This document shows, in pieces, positions 1 to 12,690 of a DNA stretch of 64,000 nt. The stretch is taken from NCBI RefSeq assembly GCF_006345805.1, contig NC_043003.1, positions 56,296,001 through 56,360,000 on the forward strand. The letters run 5' to 3'. Position 1 is the first letter of the stretch; the number at the start of each line of letters is the position of its first letter. The position numbers and the translations under genes are program-made. Origin of the DNA: Octopus sinensis (lineage: Eukaryota). The notes under the pieces were generated by a model. The model saw nothing but the letters and a program-made list of their open reading frames with translations. It was not told the origin of the DNA and made no database searches.

Positions 1-815
1 TGATCGGATTCACCACATGGTGATAGATGACTGGCGATCGGCTATAAATCAAATAGCCAATGTTACTTTTATATAGCATGAAAGAGTCGAGAATATTGGC
101 ACAACGAAGGTTTCTGCTCGCTGGGTACTATGTCTTTTGATACCTGATCAAAAGCCCATCAAGCTGTTCACATCAAGGGAAAATGTGACATTGCTCCAGA
201 GACATCCAGCAGGTCTCCTTAAAGTTTCCTAACCCTGGATGAGAGGTGGGTTCATCACTTTGTGCCAGAGTCAAAAAGATAATACATGCAGTGGAAACAC
301 CCAGCTTCACCTACTCCAGAGACGTCCAAGGACATTTAATCTACAACGAAGTTGATGGCCTCAGTTTCTTGAGATCAAATGACATTGTTTTTATTGACTA
401 TATTCAAAAGGACGACACTATCAATGAAAAGTACTATGTCAAATTGAGCAGACAGTTACAAAAGGCCATCAAGACCAGACACTTAGGTAAATGAACGAAA
501 GATGTCTTGCTTCTTCAAGACTATGTTCCACTTCATAAGTCTTTGGTATCAATAGCTGTTGTGCGTGACTGTGGCGTTGAACTGGTTGATCACCATCCCT
601 GTTCTACAGATATTGCCCAGTCTGACTATGATGAGTTCCCCACCATGATCAAACACTTGACTGGGGACCAGTGACGCAGTGATGATACAATGTCTGCTGT
701 TTATGACTTATTGTTACCAACGGGATTAAGTAAAGCTTTTCCAGCAATTGAATACAAGCACAGCAACACCAATGGCAGAAGTGTGTGGACAGCAAAGGAG
801 AAGGCTACGTTGAAA
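1..815 (+). pseudogene. Mariner (DD34D) transposase remnant, frameshifted and with stops
   Basis: Manual translation across frames gives KVSARWVLCLLIPDQK (WVPxxL-like), FLTLDERWVHHFVPESK..QWKHP (first D), IVFIDYIQKDDTINEKYY, LLQDYVPLHKSLV..ELVDHHPCSTDIAQSDY (34 residues between 2nd and 3rd D) and a terminal ..VEK* remnant. Confidence 0.9.
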
Positions 816-877
816 AATAAACCTCATGTGGTCACATTCTAAGCTACTATCTTGGTTGGTCAGTGAACTTTTCAGAC

Positions 878-881
878 ACCT

Positions 882-917
<36 letters not shown>

Positions 918-1270
918 CAAACACACACATATATATGTGTGTATATATACACATACGCATATATATATACACATACACATATACAGACACTCACTCACAC
1001 AGACATATATACATATACACACTCACACACGTATATATATATACGCACATACACGTATATGCATAAATACATGCATTCGTTGATACATACATTCATACAT
1101 GCATACATATATGTATACGTACATGCAAGCTTGCATCCATCCATCCGTCCACCCATACACACGTACATACATGCATGCATACATATATACATACATACAT
1201 ACATACATACATACATACATACATACATACATACATACACACACACATACATACATACATACATACATAT
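878..1270. repeat. Compound (CA)n/(TA)n/(CATA)n microsatellite
   Basis: Directly visible; source of the HT/YI/VC ORFs. Confidence 0.95.
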
Positions 1271-1854
1271 AGCTGAGTTCAAATATCGGTGAAGTCATAT
1301 TTAATTTTTCGTTTTCTGAGGTTGAAAATATGATAACAGTTACTGCGAGGAAACGATTTAATCAAGTGTAACTACGCTCAAAATGTTGCTTTCCTGTGCC
1401 AAAGTTATAAATAATTGTCATTTCACAACTTCTTTCCTATTTATGCTTTGAATTTAATCAATACTACATCCTTTTCAAATTGATATAACTCCAAACTCAG
1501 AATTTACCGCTTTATTGATTTCAAAGAATATATCTATCGGTCTGTCAATTCATCTTTATGTGTGTATTTTCAGGCGCGCACTCACATGTACACACAGGCG
1601 CAGGCTCACCCGCACATGCGCACGCACGTACACACAAGTAAATATGTATGACTTGAACAGTCAAGAGCGAAACTATCAGCATTTCATACGATAAATGTAT
1701 CTATCCATTCCACCGAAAGTAGTGTGTTCTATATGAGATAATGTTTTCACTACGCAAAATAATGTTAAAATGCTTCACATCACTTATTGCAATATATAGA
1801 AGCATATATGAGTCTATCTGTCTATCAATCTGTCTAACTATTTATCTATACATT

Positions 1855-2240
1855 GAAGAAGCACTTCGTCGGTTACGACGACGAGGGTTCCGGTTAATCC
1901 GAATCAACGGAACAGCCTGCTCGTGAAATTAACGTGAGAGTGGCAGAGCACTCCACAGACACGTGTACCCATAACGTAGTTCTCGGGGATATTCAGCGTG
2001 ACACAGAGAGTGACAAGGCTGGCCCCTTGAAATACAGGTACAACAGAAACAGGAAGTAAGAGTGAGAGAAAGTTGTGGTGAAAGAGTACAGCAGGGATCA
2101 CCACCATCCCCTGCCGGAGCCTCGTGGAGCTTTAGGTGTTTTCGCTCAATAAACACTCACAACGCCCTGTCTGGGAATCGAAACCGCGATCCTACAACCG
2201 CGAGTCCGCTGCCCTAACTACTGGGCCATTGCGCCTCCAC
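1855..2240 (-). mobile_element. tRNA(Arg)-like SINE, octopus OR-type, tail variant 1
   Basis: Minus strand starts GTGGAGGCGCAATGGCCCAGTAGTTAGGGCAGCGGACTCGCGGTTGTAGGATCGCGGTTTCGATTCCC (Pol III A and B boxes); same head at 11418 and 62330. Confidence 0.85.
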
Positions 2241-2329
2241 TTTATGCATACACACACACACACACATACATATATATGTATAGACAGTAGATAGATATGA
2301 AGAGAGCGGTATATATGTATATGTATATA

Positions 2330-2374
<45 letters not shown>

Positions 2375-3519
2375 ATGAAATCATTTGTGTGTGTACGTGT
2401 GTGTGTGTAAGTATGCATAATACCTATGCACACACCTGTAACTGTTTATGTATTTAGAAAGGTATCAAAAGGTGTGTGCTATTGTATTAAAGATGAAATT
2501 TAATGAATTTGAAATTGGAAGAAGTGTTCTAAAGGGTTACTTTTACATTGAAATGTAAAGTGTTCTTTGTAGCAAATTTGATTACCTATAAAAACAATAA
2601 AAATACAAAGAAAATAATAAAATGAGAATCTAACTCTTTTGATAGGAAATGTCTTATGTGCATCATACACACAAACACACATACATCGATATATATATAT
2701 ATATAAGTATATACATACACGCACATAAATACACACACACACATATATATATATATGTGTGAAATTCATTTAATTAAATTTCTCCAAATTAATTTCTATA
2801 TTTATTTATTTAGACAAAACTATATAAATCTAGTCATTGAAATGTTGAAAAATAGAAACTATTTTGATGAAAGCTTATGTGGAATTTTTACAGTTAAAGA
2901 TTTCTGTTGCAGAGTATCGTACAAGCTTTGCAGGACATTGGTTGAGAATCATACAAAATTAATTGTTCATGCTCTCTTATGGTTAAACAGCAACGTTATT
3001 ACCGTGTCTGCTTGTCCTGCAGATCTAACGTGAATTAGCTCAGTTTGGTAGCAGGAGTGTTGCACTTCTTTCCGCCTGAAAGCTGAAGAAGCTAGATCAC
3101 ATATATAAAGAAAGAAAATAATAAACGAAATCTAAGGAAATAGAAGACAAATCATGACAGTTTCTCTATACGAACAGCGTCAAGGGTAAAGTGTTGAGGG
3201 AAACATAATTTTCGCTGCTGAACTGAAAAAAAAATGTATTACGTAAGAAAACGAATTTGAATTTATATGCGATTCAGATGAGAAATAAGGCTATTTAAAT
3301 GCAATAGGAAACGGTACAATTATAAAATTGTGATGGTTTCTGCCATGAGTTGTTTGTTGCTAGACGCTAGATTAAAAATACATGTTATGATGTGTGTTTG
3401 TGTGTGCGTGAGTATGTGTACAAGTATAAAGCGATAAATACAATAGAGATTTTTTAAACATTATTTCTCAAGTAAAGTGCAGTACAATGTGCACTAAGTA
3501 AAAAAAATATCAGCGACTG

Positions 3520-3565
<46 letters not shown>

Positions 3566-3566
<1 letters not shown>

Positions 3567-3996
3567 TTCAAGAGGAGGTAATGCGAGCAAGAACCACGGG
3601 AACATTACAAAATTCAAACGTAGACCAAACACATACAAATCTTATATAATAATTTATATCTAAACAGTCGGACATCTTACAAAATTTAAAAATTCAGTAA
3701 TATATAAGTATCATTTACAAATAAAAATATAAATATAAATATTAATTTTGCATATAACACGTTTAACTGTTAGAATAAGAGAAATAAATATAATGATAAT
3801 AAAATAAAAATATGGCATATCAATATACGAATAAAATTCCGGCGAATAGTACATAGAATATAATACATATACAAGCTTACAAAAATATAAGATATACAGA
3901 AGTCCCTCAACGGGCCGTTTCGGGTTGTGCGAATTAATATTAGACATATCAGTACTTTAAATAGTACTTAAAGTTGGCACTCCCCTCATCAGGATG
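3566..3996 (-). mobile_element. Penelope-like pLTR fragment, left arm of an inverted repeat
   Basis: 3566-3930 is the reverse complement of 4376-4750 with scattered differences; contains a hammerhead motif; abuts (TA)n at 3523-3562. Confidence 0.75.
3905..3996 (-). ncRNA. Type I hammerhead ribozyme motif, partly degenerate
   Basis: Minus strand: catc CTGATGA ggggagtgc...gcacaaccc GAAAC ggccc GTT gagg; core intact, stems I and II carry mismatches. Confidence 0.65.
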
Positions 3997-4375
3997 TCCT
4001 ATACAACACATATAAAACATGAACAAATACACAAAATACACAATCACATACCGGCCATTCTCAGAACACGGCATTTACGTACTCCCAGAAACTCTTTCGT
4101 CGATCCTGAATGGAACTTTATACGCATAGAATTCGATCCAGCTGCCATAGTAAGTTGTATGCACACAGTGCCATCTGGACCATTTCACTTCAGCCCTTAA
4201 TTTATTTTATTTTATTTTATTTCAGTTTTATAAATTCTCTCATACATGCAAAGCCACATATTCAGGTTCGAGTCCACTCACTATACTTACTAGACTTAAT
4301 TCAATTGTTGTTGCTTAGCTCTAACTTTTATTGCTATTTCTATTTCTAAATTTCCGATGGAACATCGAGTGGTTT

Positions 4376-4750
4376 CACACATCCCCGAAACGGCCCGTAG
4401 ATGGACTTCTGTATATCTTATATTTTTGTAAGCTTGTGTATGTATTATATTCTATGTACTATTCGCCGGAATTTTATTCGTCTTTTGATATGCCATATTT
4501 TAATTTTATTATCGTTATATTTATTTCTCTCATTCTAACAGTTTTAAGCATGTTATATGCAAAATTTATATTTATATTTATATTTATATTTTTGTTTGTA
4601 AATGATACTTATATATTACTGAATTTTTAAATTTTGTAAAATGTCCAACTGTTTAGATATAAATTAGTATATAAAATTTGTATGTGTTTGGTCCATCTTT
4701 GAATTTTGTAATGTTCCTGTGGTTGTTGCTCGCATTGCCTCCCCTTGGAT
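4376..4750 (+). mobile_element. Penelope-like pLTR fragment, right arm of the inverted repeat (3' half of hammerhead only)
   Basis: cacatcccc GAAAC ggccc GTA gatg at 4378-4403, followed by the sequence complementary to 3566-3900. Confidence 0.75.
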
Positions 4751-4862
4751 AAAAAGTGTATACAGCTCATTGGAGCACTTCTATTTCCAGTCCGTTGTAT
4801 ATCTTGAGCGTTGTTGTCACTCAAGTTATAACTTGATATTATATATATATATATATATATAT

Positions 4863-4987
4863 ACGATGGGCTCCTTTCAGTTACCATTTCCCAAATCCAC
4901 TTAATAGGCTTTGGTCGTCCCAAGGCTATAGTAGAAGACACTAGCCCAAGGTGCCACGTAGTGTGGCAAGTTACTTACCACACAGCC
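4863..4987 (-). mobile_element. SINE family A, 5' fragment
   Basis: Reverse complement of ggctgtgtggtaagta..cgtggcaccttgggc..gtgtcttctactatagcc. Confidence 0.75.
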
Positions 4988-5122
4988 TATACACACACTC
5001 CCATACTTACACACTCACACACATATCTATATATATATATAGATAGATAAATACATACATACACATTACTATCGAAATACCATCACTAGCTGCAGCGAAT
5101 ACCAGCTATGTAGGTAAAATTA

Positions 5123-5166
<44 letters not shown>

Positions 5167-5170
<4 letters not shown>

Positions 5171-5528
5171 CACATATCAGCACTGACCACTTCTTAGACC
5201 CACATTTTCACACATACACACACGCACATGAAAACTCTCTTATACACACGCATGCGGACCTTCGTTTTGAGATCACCACTACCTTATTATCTTCCCTTCT
5301 CCCTAGCTCTCTTGTGTGACCTTTCTGTCCAGTATTCGCCGTGATAGATCGCTAGCCACTACATATTCTTTATTTTCTTTCCTCGTTTCTTTCTGCTCTT
5401 TTTTGTTAAAGAGCGTAGGCTCGAAACGTTAAAGACGTTTTTACTTCACGAGCGTTAAACTAATACATCTGTTTGTTGTCTACGCCCCCTGTCTTCGTCT
5501 TTCGTTTTATTTACGTGAAATCTCCCCC
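5167..5528 (+). mobile_element. Penelope-like pLTR fragment with variant hammerhead-like motif, embedded in (TA)n
   Basis: (TA)n on both sides (5128-5166, 5529-5620); motif tcttt..TTGTTAA a gagc gtag gctc GAAAC GT T aaaga at 5397-5435. Confidence 0.6.
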
Positions 5529-5538
5529 TATATATATA

Positions 5539-5622
<84 letters not shown>

Positions 5623-5821
5623 AATACAAAGGCACTACGTGACCACTTGCAACGCTAAATATAGAAGTCAAAAATATTTCTGTTACACTGAATAGTCAAC
5701 AAATTAATACAAGCATGATGGGAAAGTGTCCTGGTGAACAATAATATCGTCTAACCTCTGCTAGGTCAGCAAATGTAACGCTGGTTAATTTGATATCCTA
5801 ATTTCGAATTTAGTGCGAAAA

Positions 5822-5856
<35 letters not shown>

Positions 5857-6261
5857 TGTATGTATGTATGTATGTATGTATGAACTAAATATACATATAC
5901 TTCAAAATAAAGCATTGTGCGAGCACGGACCGTAATACAAAATTGAATATTATATGACATACGAAAAACAAATTACGGAGTGATCTTCATTAGATAAAAG
6001 CTGTTTCTGTTGTGAAATGCAGTACACTGAGACTTAAGTGCCTGTGCATCATTTTATAGCTCCTTCGGAGCTGCTAAGTTAGAGCACAAGCACCCAGCTC
6101 TGAGTGCACTAGAACTCACAGCAGAAACAGCTGTAAGCAAAAGAACTTTATGTCGGTTATTATTATTAATTCCTATTCTTTTCTCATATATATAATGTTG
6201 TAAGTACATATAATTCTTGTTATGTGAGTATGTGTATGTGAGTGAGAGAGAGAGAGAGAGA

Positions 6262-6292
<31 letters not shown>

Positions 6293-7046
6293 CATATGCG
6301 GGAAGAAAGAAATCTCTTATTGTAGTCGTGTTATGGCAACTACCATAAAAAATATAGCATTTTCTAAGTGTTGATTTTCTCACCAATTAGCATTAAAAAT
6401 ATTTCAGTTTGTTATTCGGTATCTTGCATAATTCTTAGTTCAAAATAGTTATTGCTACTGTTATTTGGTCTTATATTATTCCATTCGCTTCCTGTACAAT
6501 AACATGCATTGTCAACGTTTCCTTAGAAATAGGGTGTTTTGCTATGCCTACCAATAGTAAAATTTTATAAAGACTTAATCTAAATTACTTTAACGTATAA
6601 ATGAATTTACAGCCAATTAAGTAACCTGCAAATCTAGCAGAGCATGCGCACGCGTGTGTGTGCATATAACTCCATGTTTATAAATGCTATAAAGATACAT
6701 AAATATACACAAAAATTCATGCTTAAATATATATGCATACATGTATATAAATACATATACGGGCCTATCTACACACGTGCGCATGCACAAATACACACAC
6801 ACACACACACACACCCCAGGTACAGCTATATGCATTATATATGCATGATACATATATATAAACCTACATACATATATTCATTCAGATACATATACATTTG
6901 AACATGAATTTCGCCTTATTAATGACGCTTTGATAATGCGCAACAATGTTTTATACATACCATAAATATTTGTGTGTGTGTATTATATATGCATAATTCA
7001 TATATATGTATTTGCGAATACATTATTATTATTATTATTATTATTA

Positions 7047-7083
<37 letters not shown>

Positions 7084-7115
7084 GTTCTGAGTTCAAATTC
7101 CGCCGGGGTCAACTT

Positions 7116-8908
7116 ATGGCAGTGTTCTTTATGAGTGACCTGGATCTCGAGGTAAAGTCGTTCTTCCGGGACCCAGGCGGTAATTTGGTGGTCCTGGACG
7201 TGATAGCGAATAGTAATAGCGAAACTGTTGTCTTTAGACTGGTAGCCGTCTACGCCCCTACTGGAGCCAAACGTCCGGATTTCTTTAGGCTTCTGGAAAC
7301 CTTTCGGAGTACGTCTCGCCCTTTTACAGTTATTGGGGTACTGGAAGGACATATTAGACGCACGCTAGGATTGCGTGGGAGAAGCTGATAGAAGCGGGGT
7401 GTGTAAAAGCCTCATGCACCTGATCAGCCAGTTCCAACTGTGTGATAGGTACTGATGAGATTTCTCTAATGCGCCAGTATGGACCTGAACTAACCGCATA
7501 GTATCATCTAGATCGTATATATACAGAATTTTCACTAAGGAAATAGATAGTAATAGTGTAGAATGTCCACTTCAAACGGTTGCCTATTCAGATCACAATT
7601 TTGCAATCTATGCGGCCGGCCTATATAAGACGCTTACGTCAGGACTCGGTTACAGGAAGCTGAGCATGTCGTTTTCCGCACGTAAGGCTTACAAGGATCG
7701 GCTAAACAATTTCGTTAAGCAAAAGTTGACTGGAGTGGGGTCGTCAACATTAGGTAATGGTAGTGGTGGTGGTGGTGGTGGTGGTGGTGGGAGTTGTCAA
7801 AACAGAGATTACAGTAATATCGATAGGGTTTAGCAAAGAAGTAGCATTAGAAAAAAATAGAATGGAGGAGGAACATAGTAGATAAGTTTGACGAGGCAAT
7901 TTGTAGTGGCATTGCAACCGACGTGTTAACAGTGCGAATAGCATTAGACTATTTCTTCAATGCAAAACATGAAGTTTGCATAGTCAGCGCTAAGGCGCGT
8001 GCTCTGAGAAACGAGGGGATGAAAGCTATTCGGTAGGCCCTCGTGACGGAGGCGCATCATGGTAACAAAACCACAAGTCGGTCTTTTGACGAACCGAGAC
8101 GGACACAAGCTAAACGATTCGAGGCAGACGTGTGAGGTCTTTCACCAACACTTTGCTCAGTTGTTTGGGGGCAGTGTCAGGGCAGACAGTATGGGATTTC
8201 AGTTCCTAACTCGTCGGCTTGCCACGCCTCTCCACGGCCAATGATGTGTGATTTATAAGCTCCAAAATTCATTCCATAATTGCGTAGTGGTTAAGAATCC
8301 CCTGATTCCGTGTTCGATTCCAAACAGTAACCTGGATAATCACAATAATAATAATATCATTGAAAAATACTTTAGGAATGAGAACCCAGATTCGAAATTT
8401 CCCCAAGGTATATCAGCCGAAATGATGTGATAACAACAAGAAGAGGAGAAATATCCGTCAAATGTAAATAATTAATATATGTAAACCTGGCATTAGTGGG
8501 GTTCTGATCAATTTAGATAGGGCAACTGTCCTCGGCCCCGATTCCAGGGGATAGATCGCTGCAATGCGATCCGTTTCAGATCTTCCAGTCTCCTCCCTTC
8601 TGTATGTATTGACTTTTGAGCCTTTACCACGAACTGAGACCGGACATCACCGTGATAGTGTGGAACACCTCAGAAATCGAGATGGTCGACACGTCCTTGG
8701 AGGAATATGCAAGGTTGCAACTTCATCCGGAATAATCGGTGGGCTTGCAGCTAAGCAGCTTGACAGGAAAGTTCATGTTGTCTAACAACATCGTACGGCG
8801 CTGAACGGACGGACGGTAAATTTGATTGGGATTTGGTTCGGTCAGACCTCCAGATTGAAAAGAATTGGGACGAGGTGACGAACAAAGTAGCCAGTCTCAC
8901 CCAGAAAT
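7116..8908 (+). mobile_element. L1/Tx1-type LINE remnant (APE endonuclease, linker, partial RT)
   Basis: DPGGNLVVLDV..FRLVAVYAP..RPDFFRLLE and ..SRSYIYRI..CPLQTVAYSDH..GLGYRKL (APE); CEVFHQHFAQLFG; PVSSLLYVLTFEP and [22 protein letters not shown] (RT); many stops and deletions, unrelated ~280-bp segment at ~8246-8525. Confidence 0.85.
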
Positions 8909-8942
8909 GTATATGTATGCATATATGTGTATGTATACACAT

Positions 8943-8977
<35 letters not shown>

Positions 8978-8983
8978 CATACG

Positions 8984-9039
<56 letters not shown>

Positions 9040-9051
9040 TATAATATATAT

Positions 9052-9115
<64 letters not shown>

Positions 9116-10329
9116 CTTATACATATACATACATAAATAAATATATAAATAAATATATATATATAATCCAGGCTATATATGTTTCATAGCGATTGAAATC
9201 TCAGAAGTGGTGAAATCCATGCGAGGTGTATACCAGCGGCTACACTTCTGACTGAATCAATTCGTCAACAGGTAACTCCCTGCGACAATGTAGCCTGTAA
9301 TCTAATCCTTGGCCAGAAGTATTGCCGATGGTATACACTTCAATTTGATTTTACCTCTTCTGAGTTTCCACTCCCTATAAACCATATCTAGTCTGGTTTC
9401 CACATATTGTTGTATTTTTTCGCACACTGGGAATATAACATTACATTTTTTCAGCTCATCGTTCCGTTTCAATAAAACACTTTTAATATTCACTACGGAT
9501 TCACTACGGATTGCTCGACACACACAAATTAAAAGGAATGACCACCAAAGTGGATTTCTAATATGCTAAAGATAGACGTCAAATTGCCTTACCACGAAGA
9601 TTGTGTTCTCAAAATCTTTTCAGTAAACGCTAGAATGTTTATATACACACATAGAGAGAGAGAGAGTGAGAGCGACAGAGACAGACAGACAGACACACAG
9701 GCACAGATAAATAGATAGATAGATAGATTGATTGATTGATTGGTTGTGTGTGTGTGTGTGTGTGGTTTGTGTGAGCGTGTGTGTGATTACGTGTGTAATT
9801 ACGATGCTACTCTATTTTTCAACTTGCTGTAGATGAAACTGACGATTCTGATTATATTATTTGTCCCTTTAAGTATAAAATAACGGATAATTCTATCGTT
9901 TAGATGACTAAGAATATTGCATAATTTCCCAATAATTAATAGAAAATATGATTATAGTGTCTTGAAAGCAATGATTAATATTTCGTTCATTCTCAATCTA
10001 CGTTAGACATACTAACCAATGATTAAACATATCGCTTCTTGTTGAACGTTAAAATATTGAATTATAATGTCTCGTAATTTACAACCCTTCTACTCGACGC
10101 TTCTGTAATGGTTCTTGATTTAATGATTTAATGTACGTATAGTGAGCTGACCTTAAGTAGTCCAGCATGGGATAAATTCTAGTGAATATTAAGAGGTAAA
10201 GAAACATATTAATGGATTAGAAGATTCGGTAGAGCTTTCGAATTAATGCTTGTGATATTTAGTTAAGATTTTGTATTTTGGAGTCGAAATTCATTGCGCT
10301 GTGTAGGAGCAGGTATGGCTGTGTAGTCT

Positions 10330-10709
10330 CAGGAGTGACTGTGTGGTAAATAGCTTGTGTACCTACCACACGGTTCCGTGTTCAGTCTCACTGCGTGGCA
10401 TCTTGGGCGAGTGTCTTCTAGTATATCATCGAGCCGACCAAATCCTTGTGATTCGATCTGGTAGAGGGAAACTGAAAGAAGCCCGTCGTATTTATACATA
10501 TGTATATGTTTGTGTGCCTGTTTTTGTTCCCCACCATCGTTTCACAACCGATGTTGGTTTGTTTATGTCCCCGTAACCTAGCGGTTCGGTAAAATAGTGC
10601 GATAGAATAAGTACTAGGCTTACTAAGAATAAGTCCCGGGATCGATTTGTTCGACTAAAGGCGGTGCCGTGCATGGGCGTAACTAATGACTGAAACAAAT
10701 AAAAGAATG
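10330..10709 (+). mobile_element. SINE family A (tRNA-like head, CORE-like ccttgggcaagtgtctt box), near full length
   Basis: Aligns by eye to copies at 22072, 25455, 29530, 30867 and 49527; ends gactaaaggcggtg..gactgaaacaa.taaaagaat. Confidence 0.9.
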
Positions 10710-11417
10710 AAAAATAAATGAATATATATATTTACATACACACATATGTTTATATATGTATATATACACATGTACATACACACATACATACATACGTATA
10801 TATATATATATGCCTTTTCTTTCAGTCATCGGATCGGGACCATGTTGAGGCGTGATCTTGAACAGTTTAATTCATGCAAAATAAATTTTCACTCCAGTAG
10901 AGTTGGCAATCAAAAAGATATTACATTGATTGCTTGGTTGCTTGGTTGGCTGAATTCGTCGGGTATTGTACAAATATGTCTTGTGCTGCTTAAATAAAAC
11001 CATTTATGTTTTGAATTCAAATCCTTCGGCCATCTGTTTTCCCCCTTTTTTTTTATTCCGTGATCGATTATATTAGATATATTTCAAGCCCTAGGATCGA
11101 TGTACTCGGCTCTCACCTCCTCCCGCTATACAAAATTTATGGCGTTTGGCCTATGTTACAAAGTATTAATAGAAAGATTGCTAATTATCACAGTGAACTA
11201 GAAGAACTAATAGATCCTCAGAAAAAATATGTTGTACTGTTTATTTTGTACTTTTTAGTTCTGAGGTATTCAATTAAGTAAAATGCTAGTAAATTTAGGT
11301 TATTATAATCGTAGATGTACTATACGCTGTAAAAAAGAGTAAAAACGATGGCGTGCTCTCTGATTGAATGCCTCTAGTTCATACGTTGACTCACCTTGTG
11401 GTCACACAACAGCAACA

Positions 11418-11626
11418 GTGGAGACGAAATGGCCCAGTGGTTAGGGCAGCGGACTCACGGTCGTAAGAACGCAGTTTCGATTCCCAGACCGAGCATTGTG
11501 AGTGTTTATTGAGCAAAAACACCTAAGCTCAACGAGGCTCCGGTGGAAGGGGTGAACCCCGTTGTACTCTTTCACCACAACCTTCTCTCACTCTTTCTTC
11601 CTACTTCTGCCACAAAGCAGAGGAAC
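11418..11626 (+). mobile_element. OR-type tRNA SINE, 3'-truncated
   Basis: gtggagacgaaatggcccagtggttagggcagcggactcacggtcgtaagaacgcagtttcgattcccagacc head. Confidence 0.85.
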
Positions 11627-12496
11627 CATGGTGTAACCCACTATGGTGTGGTAAACTTTCAGACCCTAGTCTAGATTGCGAATCCTCTGTACCCCAGGAT
11701 GGTTCAGCCCTCCACCCGTTAAAAGCCACTGTTTACAGAATGAGGATAACAATGTAGCTTTCGCGTCCGTGCAACCGCCAGTATATCGCATGTGGTGGGT
11801 GGATCTCCAAGTTGCCACACACATTCTTAGTAGACTAGAGTAGGCTCGGATTAGAGATTATTCTTTGTGGCTAATGACGTGAGTCCTGATTGGAAGAAGA
11901 AGAACAACAACAACAGCAACAACGACAATAGTACAAAAGTAAACAGAAATTTCTTAATATCTACATTTTAAAGTAGCTTGCTGTGAAGGAAAAGAAAAGA
12001 CTTGTTCCATGCTGGTCTTACATTAATCCAGTGTACTGGTCCTATGGAGGACCAATGATATTTTGCCTACACTCTGGAGAGTGGTTTATCAGGCCTACAC
12101 TCTGGAGAGTGGTTTATCGTGTGGAGGTGCATATTGAATAAGCAACAACAAATCCCTTAGATATACTCTAAAATATATATCATAGAAGTCGCCTGGCAAA
12201 TATCCTTTTAATGTTTTTTTTCATATTCTAGAATTTATAGAAAAAAGGTTAAACAATATATGACCAAAGATATTCTAGAAATGACATTCTCGTCTATTTT
12301 AGAAGTATTTGAATGATATAAGCCTATGCGATACTCGTTGTTTAAGACGGTGAAATTTAATTTGATAAAGCTCTTATTTCAACTTCTAGGATGGTGAATG
12401 ATGAAGTGATGAAACACAAATGTTTGCTTGTGGCTCAACTGTCACACTTCATTACAAATATGGATAAAACACTTGAAAATATTTAAACATATTGTA

Positions 12497-12690
12497 AAGC
12501 GACGAGCTTGGCAGAATTGTTAGCATTATTTCGTCCGTCTTTCCGTTGTGAGTTCAAATTCCGTCGAAGTTGACTTTGCCTTGCGAGGTCGATAAAATAA
12601 GCACCAGTTTAACGCTGGTGTCGATATAATCGACTTTAACCCTCCGCTCAAATTTCTGGCCCTGTACCAAAGTTTCAAACCAATGTTGAA
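12497..12690 (+). mobile_element. SINE family C (gagttcaaattcc..gactttgcct..gtcgataaaataagtaccag core)
   Basis: Shared core with 15308-15490, 60945-61110 and 61235-61442. Confidence 0.8.

Noticed and set aside
2160-2240. tRNA gene (also 11418-11490 and 62250-62330)
   Set aside because: A and B boxes are present, but the sequence continues into a shared SINE body with no proper acceptor stem or terminator.
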